Assembly (NCBI GenBank): GCA_025558095.1
Contig: JAIVFI010000027.1
Coordinates: forward strand, 62,001-126,000
Direction: 5' to 3'
Source of the DNA: Hyaloraphidium curvatum SAG 235-1
Taxonomy: Eukaryota > Fungi > Monoblepharomycota
Length of the DNA: 64,000 nt
The first letter of the stretch is position 1. Every line of letters starts with the position of its first letter. The translations under genes and the position numbers were made by a program. Below the pieces are notes generated by a model. The model had not been told where the DNA came from. It made no database searches and saw nothing but the letters and a program-made list of their open reading frames with translations. This document shows positions 42,144 through 53,387 of the stretch, piece by piece.

Positions 42144-42462
42144 GGCGGGGTGCGCTGGAGGGAGGGAAGGAGTGTGGGGACTCTGAGGACCTTTTGCCGC
42201 TGACGGGCGCCACTTACGATCCTCATCAAGCACGAGGACGACGCACCTCTCGCCGCCGCGGGAGGCTGCTCTAATGCCCTTCGAGCTAAGGAATCTTGCG
42301 ACATGCCTTGAATCCGCCCGCGGCGCGGTTTCTCTGCCCTGCCTTCACGGGAGCGCCCAATCCAGACCGGTGCCGGAAGTCCGAAGCGGGCCGTCTTTTC
42401 TCCCCCATCAGGCGGAGCTGCGATCGCCCGGGTATCACATCCGGCCCCGAGCCGCCGATCCA

Positions 42463-43839
42463 TTACCCCGCCGCCCCTCCCACCTGCCCAGCGAGCGGCA
42501 CCAAAGTGCCGGCTGCGATGACCACCGCGAGCGCCAGCAGGGCGCGGAACGCCTCCGGGCGGTTGGACGCCTTGCGGCGCAGGACGGCGGCGGCGGCGAG
42601 GCACTGCGCGAGAAGCACGAGGAGGGGGAGGAAAAGGCCGCTGTCGGCGGCGATCGCGCCGAGGGCAGGAAAGGATGCGCCCTGGGCGGAGGCGTCGCCC
42701 CCTGCGGCATGGCCCGCAAGTTCCGAACCCCCTGCGGCCGGACTGCCGCCGGCAAGCCGCACCACCTGCTCCCAATGCGCGTCCAGCTTCTCCCGCGCGG
42801 CCCGCGGCGGTCCCCTCCCCTTCTCCCCAAGCAACCCCGGGAGAGCCTCCAGCGCCCTCCCCCAGCTTCCGACCACCTCGTCCCGCCTGCCCATCTGCCC
42901 CGCCTGCCCCTCGAACTTGTGCAGGTACGGCACGGCGACGAGGCGCGCGGGGACACCGTACGCGGCGGCGGTGATGTGCCCGTGCAGCGACGAGGTGAGG
43001 ACGGCGGAGGAAGAGGCGATCGCGGCCGCGATGTCCTCGAGCGCGGGGGGGTCGTCGAAGGGGATGGTGCGGAGGGGGGCGGCGGCGTGAATGGCGCGCA
43101 CGGTGTGGTGGTCGCCATGGCATCGGCCCAGAGCGAGGAGGATCGCGCGGGCGCCCGAGGCGGCGAGCGCCGCGTCGAGGGCGACGGCGAAGGAGGTCGC
43201 GTTCGTACCGTGCAGGCTCCGCTCCTTGGCGTGCACGGCGACGATCGGTCCGTCGCCGACGAGCCCGAGCCGCCCGCGGATGGCCTCCCAGCGCGCCGCC
43301 AGCCTTGCTGCGGGCCAGACCAGGGGCAGGTCCAGCGCCGTGTCGGGCATCACCTGCGGCCGGATCCCGGCCCATTTCTCGAACGCGTCGGCACTCCCGG
43401 CATCGCGCACCGCCAGCCTCGCCGCGGCATCCGCCGTGCGGCGCACCCAATCCGCAGGCGGGCCCGTCCCGGCGCCGTCGGGTGCCAGCACGCCCGGCGA
43501 GTTCCAAGCCACGGGCAGCCCCGTCCGCGCCGCCATCTCCGTCGCGCCGGCCCACAGGTCCCGGTACGCCCGCGGGCCGTAGCCCGGCAGCCCGAAATCC
43601 AGCGCGTGCACGATGTTGCCGCCGCCGACCAGCACCGCCGCCAGCCCCTCCCGCGGGCGGAACCCGGCCTGCGCCTCCGGGCGCGGCGCGTCGTCGTACC
43701 CCGCGCGGCGGCCGGTGGGCGACACCGCGACGGGGGCGATGCCGTGCGGCGCGAGCCGCGCCGCGGCGACGAGGGGGAACAGCAAATCCCCGTAGTTCTC
43801 GACGTCGAAGGTGCCGAAGATGGCCACGGTGCGGGGCAT
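42463..43839 (-). CDS. Polysaccharide pyruvyltransferase family protein with two C-terminal hydrophobic helices, intronless
   Basis: FGTFDVENYGDLLFP, VLVGGGNIV, VAWNSPG, LAVRDAGS, MPDTA and TSSLHGHITAAAYGVP. Confidence 0.88.
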   Translation of the reverse strand: MPRTVAIFGTFDVENYGDLLFPLVAAARLAPHGIAPVAVSPTGRRAGYDDAPRPEAQAGFRPREGLAAVLVGGGNIVHALDFGLPGYGPRAYRDLWAGATEMAARTGLPVAWNSPGVLAPDGAGTGPPADWVRRTADAAARLAVRDAGSADAFEKWAGIRPQVMPDTALDLPLVWPAARLAARWEAIRGRLGLVGDGPIVAVHAKERSLHGTNATSFAVALDAALAASGARAILLALGRCHGDHHTVRAIHAAAPLRTIPFDDPPALEDIAAAIASSSAVLTSSLHGHITAAAYGVPARLVAVPYLHKFEGQAGQMGRRDEVVGSWGRALEALPGLLGEKGRGPPRAAREKLDAHWEQVVRLAGGSPAAGGSELAGHAAGGDASAQGASFPALGAIAADSGLFLPLLVLLAQCLAAAAVLRRKASNRPEAFRALLALAVVIAAGTLVPLAGQVGGAAG

Positions 43840-44288
43840 CGCGGGCGCCGCGCTGCAATCACGAGGTCCGGCGGCGCGATCCGTGCCGGATGGCGCAAGA
43901 GAAGTGACGAGGGAGGAGGAGTCCCGCCGTCCCGCCGCCCGAACCCCCTGGCTGGGCCCGATGCGTCCCTCGACTCGATCCCCTGAAATTGAGCCCGCCG
44001 GACTTGGGGCCGGCAGACGTTTCCGTAGCACCACGGCATCGGTGCATCGGATCCGCACGTGCCGTGCGGTAGGCGGTTGCCGGTGTGGTATCGCAAGGGG
44101 CACCGGAAGGACACGCCGCGGGAGGATCCGCTCACGGAAACCCGAGCCTCCGAGAACGACACTGCCTTCAGGCTCATCCGGATTGACGGTCCTGCCGCGG
44201 TCCGAGCCAGGCTTCCGTCGATCATGCCGTCGCCATGGGGCCCAAGCTCGACCCAAGGGATTCGGCATCCGCCTTCAATAGCTCTCAA

Positions 44289-45763
44289 ATGTCGTTCACT
44301 CCGGACGAGTGGTTCCTCTTGGTGCCGCTACCGCCTCAGGGCAACGTGTTTACCTCAGGTTCGCCCGACGACGGCGCGGCCGAGGCCCGCGCGGCCCGCC
44401 CTCTGACTCGCGCCGAGCTCCTCCGCTGGACGCGCGGCAGCGGCCTGCTGCACGCGCTGCTGCGCGCGCAATTGGAGCTCGGCCCGTGGACGGGGCGCGT
44501 GCTCCTGCGCATGTTGCTCGTGATCGCCGTGTCGATGGTGCTGCTCGTGCCGCTGTGGACGCTCAACGCGGGGCGCTTCGGCTTCCGGCAGCTTGTGGCC
44601 GGCACCGTCGCCGCCGCGCTGTTCAATGCCCTGACGCTGGCCACGTGGGCGATCGCCGCCACCTTCCGGGGCTCCTATCTGCAGTGGAAGCAGGCACCCG
44701 CCGGCCCCGCAACCCGAGATCCCGCCGCGGCGGACGCCTGCGCTCACCCGTTCGCCCCGCTGGCGCTCTGGGCCCGGCTCGCTTCCTCCGAATCGGCCCC
44801 CTCCGACTTGCTCAAGGCCCCTGACCGCGATCCGACGCGCACAGCTGCCCTCCTGGAGCACAGGGACGACGACCCGCTCTGCCCCTGCCCCAACCCCGCG
44901 TGTTCCGGCACCGCCCTGGCGCGGGCCGCCGCCGTGCGGCTGCTCGAGATGCTCGCGCGGATCGCCGTGTCCGCCGCATTCACCGTCTGCGTTGCCTGGA
45001 CGCCCATGGTCACCTTTGCCGCCGATTTCTGGACGAGCGGCTGGGCGGCGGCGGGGGCATTGCTCGGTGCGTTCCCCCCGGAGCCGTTGCTGCCGCCGTG
45101 CTTGACCCGCCCGCCCGCCAGTCGTCTCGTTCGTCAACGCCGTCGTGGTGAGCAGCATCGGCCGCTTCGGCACCAACGTCGCCGTCCTCCGCCTCGCGCT
45201 CCGCGTGCAGGCACCGCGCCGCCACCTCCGCCCTGCGCCGGCTGCTCGACCGGCTTCGGGCCGGTGCGCCGCCTCCCCACGGGGAGGAGGAACTCTACGT
45301 CCGGCTCCACGCCGCGCTGCGGACCACCTGGGAGAAGCAGTTCACCGCCGCGCTGATGACCTCGGGCGGCTACCTCGCCGGCGCCGTCTTTTCGTGCTTC
45401 CTCGCCATCGTCATCAACCTGGTGCATGCGTCACCCGCATCCCATTCTTGTTCCTTGCTGACGACGTTCGCAGATCGGCGGCTCCTGCGTCCCCGCCTAC
45501 ATCCTCTTCCACCTCCTCGGCACCCTCCTCATCCTCCTCATCGACCTGGTCAACATCGCCGCCTCCATAGGCCAGCTGGCGCAGGTGGTCGCGCTGTACG
45601 GCCTCGCGCGGCAGGAACTCCTGTTCACCGTGGCGATCGTGCTCTGGGGTGGGTCGCCGCGTTCCGCACGCCCCCCCAGGGAGGTGCTGACGCTCTGTTT
45701 GGCAGGATCATGCGGGGGTCGGGGATATTCGTCACGCCGGACGTCGCCTGCCCGTTCTATTGA
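44289..45763 (+). pseudogene. 7-TM GRL-like family member with three introns, a frameshift and an internal deletion
   Basis: Loop motif LLEHRDDDPLCPCPNPACSG; WTP; GSCVPAY..LIDL; ends ACPFY*. Introns ~45067-45121, ~45422-45473 and ~45649-45705; +1 shift at ~45211; IL3/TM7a missing at ~45620. Confidence 0.72.
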
Positions 45764-46791
45764 CCCGCTGCTGCGGTAAAAGAATCCCCGCCATCTTCCC
45801 GCGGCCCTCCCCTCTTCTCGACGTACACGAACCTCCCCACCGCCCCGTCGTCCTGGCCCAGGCTGTACGTCGCGAGCCCCAATCCGTCCGCGGCCTCGTG
45901 CAGCCGCTTCCTCTCCTTCGAGTAGAGCCCGTGCACGGGGCCAAAGAGCTTCAGGTTTCCGTCGGCGAGGAAGCCGGACAGCAGGCGGGCGTAGTCCTCG
46001 GCCGTCGTCCTTTTCGCGAATGCGGACCGCTCGAAGTTGGGCAAATCGGAGTCGCGGGGGTCCCGCAGAGTCTCGATGACGCTGTCCAGGTCGCGCCGTT
46101 GGGGGCGGAGGACAAAATCGGAAGGGCGGGAGTTGCCGGTCTCGCGGGCCTCGCGGAGCTGCGCACCAGTCAGCGTCGCGGGAAGGAGAGCCGTGACAGC
46201 GAAACGCACCTTGGAAACCGGCACGGATTCCTCCGCCATACTCTCAAGAAGCATCTCCCACCTTTCCGCCACCGTCGTCCTCGGCATCGCCACCCGCGGG
46301 AACGGCCCCGGATCCTGCCCCAGGCACACCCGCAGCGCGGCGTCCAGAACGCGCAGCCAGTCCTTCCGAGCTTCGAGCTGCCGCAGCAGCATGAATCTGC
46401 CCGATTCGAACTCGCCCAGTGCGTCGAGCACGTCGAGCGGGGCCGAGGGGGGGCGGGAGGGGAAGCGGGTCATGGTTGGGCCGGCGGGTTCGTCGGCGAG
46501 GCGTTCGCGCACGCGGCGGAGGACGCGCATGAACGAGGCGCGGGAGCAGCCTTTCAGGTCGTCTTGCGTCACGGCGCCCGCAAAGGCCGATTCGTCGAGC
46601 GGCACGCCGCGGTAGCCGGGCAGCGCGTCCGCGACGCATTCCGGCGCGTCCGCCGTCGCGGCGCGCCACATCGGCGAAAGGTCCGCCGGGAGGCCCTCCC
46701 GCTCGACAAAGATTTCAAAGGCCACCGCAGAACGGAGACAATGGGCCAGGTGCGGGGCCACCAGCTCCGCCAGCAGCGCGAGGCGATCCAT
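45757..46791 (-). CDS. Hypothetical protein with C-terminal R3H domain
   Basis: LYSKERKRLHEAADGLGLATYSLG..GRFVYVEK fits the R-x3-H pattern. Confidence 0.72.
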   Translation of the reverse strand: MDRLALLAELVAPHLAHCLRSAVAFEIFVEREGLPADLSPMWRAATADAPECVADALPGYRGVPLDESAFAGAVTQDDLKGCSRASFMRVLRRVRERLADEPAGPTMTRFPSRPPSAPLDVLDALGEFESGRFMLLRQLEARKDWLRVLDAALRVCLGQDPGPFPRVAMPRTTVAERWEMLLESMAEESVPVSKVRFAVTALLPATLTGAQLREARETGNSRPSDFVLRPQRRDLDSVIETLRDPRDSDLPNFERSAFAKRTTAEDYARLLSGFLADGNLKLFGPVHGLYSKERKRLHEAADGLGLATYSLGQDDGAVGRFVYVEKRGGPREDGGDSFTAAAGQ

Positions 46792-46905
46792 GTTGTTTAC
46801 CGAAGTCAAGGGATTTGGCCGCGCAAATTCCTGCCCATCGATCCGCGCGCGTTTCGCGAACTGCCAGGCCTCCCATCCGCCTCATTGCCCGGCAACGCCA
46901 CGGCG

Positions 46906-47781
46906 ATGTCTGGGGCCGACCAGGTCGATCGGGTGGCCGCCGGCCCGTTCCTCAGCGCGACCGCGTGGCTCTGCCTTCTCCCCGGGGCCACCAAGCCCTC
47001 TGCGGCCCCCGAAGGCGCGCCGCCCGGGTTCGCGGAAACCGACCCCGCGAAGGAAGCACGTGAGGCATTGCCGCTGACCCGGGCCGAGCTCGCACGCGCG
47101 TTCGCGGGCTCGCCCGTCCACCGCGCGCTGCTGGCGGTTGAGGGGCACAACCCGGGGATCAACGGCAACATTTTCGTCCGCTTCGTTACTTATTCGGCAC
47201 CCCGTGTCGTGCTCTTCGCCTGCACGCTGTGGCCCGTCGCCGTGGACTCGGGCGAGTTCATCAAGAGGGGAATCGTGACTGGCTTTAGCCTGTACACCGC
47301 TTTCGAGCTCGCATTCGCCATCCTGGCCCCCGTGACGACAAAGGCCACGCAAGCATTGCGACATGTTCCGGACGAGCATCCTTTTGCGTGCTATGCAAGG
47401 TGGAGGCAGCTCTACGAGGAGGGGGCAGGGCAACCGTCGTGCCCTACTGCGGACGGAACCGAACTCGGGCCTGGCGGCGGCACAGATCCCCTCGTGCGGC
47501 ACGACCCTCTGGATGACACGTGCACATGCCCCGCGGCGGCATGCTCCCGGTCCCTGGTCGACCGCTCGCCCGACGCGCCGCGGTGGAGGGCCCACGCCGA
47601 GGTGCTGGCGCGCTTCGAAGCTGCGGCGCGGGCGGATCTGGCGCGGATGTTCGGGTTCGCGGTGGATTGGGGCGTGGTCAGGGGGCTGCTGGCGACGGGG
47701 CTGACGCTGGGGGTGGGTCTGTTCGGGATCCTGCGGGGCGCGGGGGTGGGCGTGACGATACAGTCCGTGTGCCCGGCGTGA
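46906..47781 (+). pseudogene. Inverted paralog of 38874-40376 with an in-frame ~627-nt internal deletion (291 aa ORF)
   Basis: Near-identical N- and C-termini (DRVAAGPFLSA.AWLCLLPGAT; MFGF.VDWGVVRGL..SVCPA); the junction SLVDRS/PDAPRW at ~47568 removes TM3-TM6. Confidence 0.85.
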
Positions 47782-47855
47782 ACGTGGCGGATGAGGCAAA
47801 CATGGAAAAGTACATGAACAGAAAAGAGAAAAGAAGATACCACGCCACAGACCCC

Positions 47856-50800
47856 TCACCGCCTCTCCACCAACCTCCACCGCACCAAGACAAAGAACAG
47901 CCCCGCCAGCCCCGCCACCCAGACCATGAGCGCGACCGCGTCGGTCCAGAACGCATCCACATTGAAACCAAAGAGCTTCGTGAGCACCGTAGAGGCGGGG
48001 ATGCTGATGGGGATCCCGCCGAGGTTGTCCGAGACCTGGGCGCCCGCGGCCTCGTTGACGGCAAGAGCCTCGGTCGCATAGCGGAAGATGGAGAGGTACT
48101 GGATCCACGAAAGGGCGGCGGGGATGTTCGCTGGCGGGAGTGCGCGATCAGGCAGGCGAAAGCGGAAGCGCGGAAGGGCAACGCACCGAGATTGATCAGG
48201 AACCCGCCAAAGAGGAGAGAGAAGAGCATGACAATGCTGGCAAGGAGGTTCGCGGTCCCCTGATTCTCGATCCCAGCGGCGACCACCATGCAAATCAAGG
48301 CGGCGGCGCAGTTGAAGAGGACGAGCACCAGCAGGAACCGCAGGAAGTTGCCGGCGGCGGGCACGAGGCCGATCATCCAGTAGGAGATGGAGCCGACGAT
48401 GAGGGCTGGGAGGATGCGGAGGGGGACGAGGTCCAGCACGAGCTTGCTTCCCGCGAAGCTGGCGGGGCCGTAGTACGAGGCGCTGCGCTCCCGCACGAAG
48501 AGCAGCCGCTCGCCGGCAAAGATGCCCAGCGCCGAGAGCGACGAGAAGGCCAGGAGGGCGAGGATGAAGACGATCCCGCCGAGCTTGTTCTGCAAGCCGC
48601 CGATGGTTGACGGCGAGCGGAAGTAGAGCCCGCCGACGAGCACGCCCAGGAAGACCGCGATGAGGAAGTGCGCGGCCATGAGCGACGGGTCCCGGAACAG
48701 GGAGCGCAGGCTGCGGGACATGACCGCTCCGAAACGGGTGAGGCCCGAGGTGCGGTTGCCTGCCGGCTTCCTGAGGCCGTGGCTGCCCTGCTCGTTCGAT
48801 CCGGAAGCCGGGGCGATGCCGCTTGTCCCAAACACGGGAAGCTGCGCGTGCCCTTCCACGCTGTACCTCGTCTCCGACCTGTCCTTCTTGTGGACCGTCG
48901 GAGCGAGGCATCGGACGGTGGCTTCCTGGGCCTGCGCATCGCCATGTTCGACGGCCAGGTCAACTGCAGGGATAACTGTGAGCACACGACCAAAGGCAAC
49001 CGGAGAGAAAGCACCCACGAAGAAAGTCGGCGACGTTGTAGTCCTGCGGGCAGATGTGACCCAGCGCCCCAAAGTAGCTCTTGGCCGCCTTGGCCTCGCC
49101 GGAGTAGATCACCCTACCCTTGGCCAGCACGACCAGGTCGTCGATGAGCTTGAACGACTCGGAGCTGGGCTGGTGGATCGACAGGACGACGGTCTTGCCC
49201 TCGGCCAGCGCCAGATCCTTGAGCGTGCGGAGGAGCGAAGCCGCCGTGTGCGCGTCGAGTCCGGAGGTCGGCTCGTCCAGCACCAGGACACCGCTGCCCG
49301 TAACCAGCTCGCAGGCGATCGACACGCGGCGGCGCTCGCCACCGCTGACGCCCCGCACGCCGCGCCCGCCGACACGGGTGTCCGCGACGTGCTCGAGCCC
49401 CAGCGTCCGCAGCACTGCCTCGACCCGGGCCTCCCGCTCGCGCGCGGGGAACGCCTCGGGGAGCCTGCACCGCGCAGAGAAGGCTACGCACTCGCGGACC
49501 GTCATGTAGGGCAGGAAATGGTCCTCCTGGTCGACGAACGAGACGAGCCTGCGCAGGTCCTCGCGGCGCACCTCGGCGCCCTCGAGAGCGGCGGTGCCGG
49601 CGACGGATCCCTCCTTGCTGCGGCCGGCGACGATGTCCAGGAGCGAGGACTTGCCGGAACCGCTGGGTCCCATGATGGCCGTGACCCGCCCGGATAGGCA
49701 CTGGAAGTCCACGCCCTGCAGGACAACCTTGGGCTTCTTCTTGTTCTTCTTCCGCCGCAGCTTGGGCAGGCTGCAGCACCGACACGGTGTCCCCTCGTCG
49801 TCCCGGCGCCGGCGCTTCTTGTTCTTCTTCTCCTTCTCGGACTTGCGGTCGCGGTTGCTCGTCGTCTGGTCCTGGTTCTCGGGTCCGTCAGCGTCCGAGA
49901 CGTCCGTGTCGTCCGTGTCCGTGCGCGCCCGAGGTTGGACTGGCGGAGCGACGGGCGGGATTGCCCCGGCAGGAACACCTATGAGTGTGGGCAGGCCCAC
50001 CGTCGCACCGGGAGCGGCGAGAGGTGCGCCGGGGGCAGTGACGCCCGATACCACCGAAACCGCGGGTCCTCCAGCAGGCGGGGTGACCGATGTCGCAGGT
50101 GCTCCGCCCGGCAGGGGAGCCGCCGGCCCGCCGATCGTGTACCCGACGCCCTTGAACCCCACATCCACCCCCGGCGTGCCGACATTCCCGACGGGCAACT
50201 TTGCGAGCTGCAGCTGCACCGACTTTGCCCACGCGAACATGCCTGTGAGCGCGATGAATGCGGAGCCGACGATGGCGCCGCCGATGCCGATCGCGATGGT
50301 GCTCGGGCCGCCAGAAGAGGGAGGTGGGGAAGTCGCAGACGAAGAGGGCGGGGCGGCGGCCGCCGCGGAAACGAGTTCTTGGTGGGCCGATGCGGAGGCG
50401 ACGCACTCCCCGTGAGCGCAGTTGGTCAGTTTCAGCCCCCGCGGCAGGATCCCGCGCAGCTGCTCCACGACAAAGGTGCACTCTGTCCCGTTGCCGTCCG
50501 GCCCGAAGGGACACTCGAGCGCAAAGGGCCCGTGGACATGCTCCAGCGCTCCCGTGAGGTCCACGAGCACCGATGGGTCGCCGCACATCATGGTGCCGCG
50601 AATGCAGGAGCAGGCGGCGGTCTGGCAGGTCCAGACGTCCGCCGAGACAGCGAGCTGCCGCGAGCAGGAGGAGAAGGAGCAACGGAAGTTGAGCTGCTGG
50701 CCGTAAAAGACCGAAGCTGACGCGGCACTGCCCGGTAGAGAGCGAGCGAGGGACGCCGTGATGCGGTCTCCCGGAAAGAGGGTCGTGAGCATCGGCTCTG

Positions 50801-52048
50801 TTGCGAGGCAGTCAGTGAATGGAGGATCGAGTCTGGGGCGCAATCAGCGTACCTTCGACTAGGCAGATACCGTTGCTCTGTCCAGCAACGACCGCGCTCC
50901 CCTTCCCGCAGACGCCCCTGGCCGGGTCCGCGCCCGCGCAGCCGGCGTCCGTGACGCAGATGTTGCAGTCCGGCCCCGCGAACCCGTTCCGGCACGCCGA
51001 CGTGCCCGTCCCCGCGGAAAGCACGGGGATCGAGGTGTTTCCCCGCCCTCCGGCGGGCGTCGTCGAGTTCATGCCCAGGGGCCGGGTGGTGCCGCCGGGG
51101 AGGGTCGGCATGGCGTACGTCGAGTTGGCTTTGGGGCCGCCGTTGGGGTCGCAGACGGCCATGGTGAAGCCGACGATCAGGTCGATGTACGGCTTGTATG
51201 ACCCTATGACGCGCGACGTGTAGACCGCGCGGTCCAAAGCCCTGACGATGGAGATGGTGCACATGGTGCAGAGGAAGCCCGGGTCCGTGAGGACAGAGAG
51301 CGCCGAGGAGAGCGCGCCTTCGGCTCCGGAGCCGCCGATGCCCGAAAGCACGGGGCCGACAGTACGGACCATGTCGAAGACGCACCAATCCTGGGCCGAC
51401 GGCGGGCGCTGGCACCCAATGTCGAGGGCGGCGAGGGCGAGGGAGGTGATGTCGGTGGAGGTGAAGCGGGTCCCGATGGGTTGGAGAAAGGTGGAGACGG
51501 TGGGGGAGATCTCGGCCTGGTGACGGTCCAGCACGGGGGCAATGTCGATGATGAACTCGTCGCCGCAGCGCGGGTTGACCACGTTTCCGTACTCGCGAAT
51601 CGTGTTCAGGCAGCTTACGCCGCAGACGCCGGGCAAGGTGTTCCGGAACGCCACGGCGGCGTCGTAATTGATCTGCAGGTTGGGAGACATGACGAGCGAG
51701 ATGCCCGAGAGCAGCGCGAACAGGTTGCAGTCAAACAGGATCCGAACGAGCTTCAGGTCCAGCAGCGCAAAGAAGCAGCCGATTGACAACCGCTTATTGA
51801 ACATGTTCCAGAAATCGGTAAAGTCGAAGCCGCGGGCCACGAGGGCGCGTTCCTCGGGCGAAGCTCGCGCGAGCCGGGCCTCGAACGCGGCCTCGAACGC
51901 GGCCTTGAACTCTGCCATTTTGACCTGCCGCAGCGCATCCTCGGTGGAATTAAATGAGGTCACGGGGAGGTCGGCGGCGGCAGCGGGCGCCACGGCGCAG
52001 AGGAGGGCGAGGAGCAAGCCGAGGAGCGCGAAGAGAGGGAGCGGCCAT
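47856..52048 (-). CDS. ADP1: ADP1-type ABCG half transporter with lumenal EGF/Cys-rich domain and an extra N-terminal Cys-rich helical domain; 3 introns; exact start uncertain
   Basis: Signal peptide; CRNGFAGPDCNICVTDAGC; TM; Walker A GPSGSGKS, signature VSGGERRR, Walker B VLVLDEPTSGLD, SIHQP; YNVADFL; TMD GGLQNKLG..ERLLFVRER..LLFGGFLIN. Confidence 0.88.
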
Positions 52049-52556
52049 GGCGGCCGCCACGGGGGCCGCAGCCCCCGCGACGCCCCGGCGCTGATTGCGC
52101 GGCGAGGCAGCGTGCCGGAGCGGGAGACAGGAGGGGCGTCAGGGGCCCGCGCGCAAGGGACGTCGCTCCGCGATTTGCTGAGGCAGTGAGATGTGGCGGA
52201 GCAGACCCACGCATGCCCCCCTCCACCCCTGCGGACATCAAGCCGGGGATATCATCCTTTGCAAGCAGAGCCAATGAATTGTTCTGCTCGAAGGCCATCA
52301 TTTGTGCCGGCGTCCGAGACGGAAGTGTTCGGGGACCAGGTGGAAGCCTCTTTGGAACGAAGTGAGCCTCTCAACCTGGCGCATCGCACAACTCGTACAT
52401 TGTGTGAACACGATCTAGCTGCAGCATTACAGTTTCGGTGACTCAGTACTGCTTCACTTCGAAGCCTTGATGACCAGCGAGCAGGTGGGGCTGGCCGATC
52501 GGCCGGTCACTCGAGCCCTGCCTCAAGGCGGGTGGACTCCTGCCTGAGTTCGGTGA

Positions 52557-53209
52557 TCAGACCGCGCCAGCTTCCTCGTGCCGGCAGAGCTTCCGATGCT
52601 CCGGCCAGTGGGCCTTCTGGCACTCCCTCGAGCAGTAGTTCGACAGCTTGCACCCGGCGCATCGCTTGAAGGTCTCCTTCGTCCCGTGGTTGCGGCACCC
52701 GGGATTGGAGCAAACGCGCAGCGGCTCGGGAGCGTTACTGTCTTCGCCCAACCACTCCTTCTGCAGCTTGCTGAGGTGGCGCCGCGCCGTCTCGGCACAG
52801 GCCGGTCCGATGAGCACGTCGCAGGTGACCGCCACCATCCACCGGCACAAGACCCTGAGTTCCCCGCCCTCGTTTCCCTGGCAATGCATGGAGGGAAGCG
52901 TCGGCCCCGGCTTGCCCACTCCCGGCGCGAAACGAGCCCCGCACCCGAAGCAGCGCAGGTCGAGGAAGCGAGCTGGTCCTCGTACCAATCCCCGCAGACC
53001 CGCCTCACCGCCTCCCGGAGGTTGATGTCGCGGAATTCCTTGGGCACCGCGGCGCGGTTGACCGCAAACGTGCCTTCGAGGAGCCGGGGGCGCGGCTCCC
53101 CGCCGACGACCAGCTGCACGGTGAGCAGGATGGGGACTTCCTTGCGTCCCACGCGCGCGTTCGGCGCAATGGGGCCGCGCACCCGGGGCTTCTCCAGAGC
53201 GGTCTGCAT
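52557..53209 (-). pseudogene. Small MYND zinc-finger protein with a single-base frameshift at ~52968
   Basis: C-terminal CSNPGC..FKRCAGCKLSNYCSRECQKAHWPEHRKLC; the coding-looking N-terminal half lies in a different frame with no intron at the junction. Confidence 0.65.
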
Positions 53210-53387
53210 GTCGCCGTTTCGACACGAGAGACACGAGAGGGGATTCGGGAAGTGCGGGGGAAAACGGTCCTTGTTGTTGGTGAAGTGTCGGTGAGTCGCT
53301 CTTAACGCCAGCGCATCGCACACCGAACCACATCCACACGCGATGGAGCGCAGCGAAGCACACCGCCTCCGTCACTCTGATCCTCCG

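Noticed and set aside
40950-43839. Bacterial contaminant or operon
   Set aside because: The segment is embedded between paralogs of a host gene family, one of which has introns. Composition matches the host, the pLGIC has N-glycosylation sequons, and a diverged local duplicate exists at 38546. Read-level confirmation is still needed.
45760-47781. 673-aa ORF as a single fusion protein
   Set aside because: The first ~380 codons are the antisense of the R3H gene. Homology to the 7-TM paralog begins only near the ATG at 46906.
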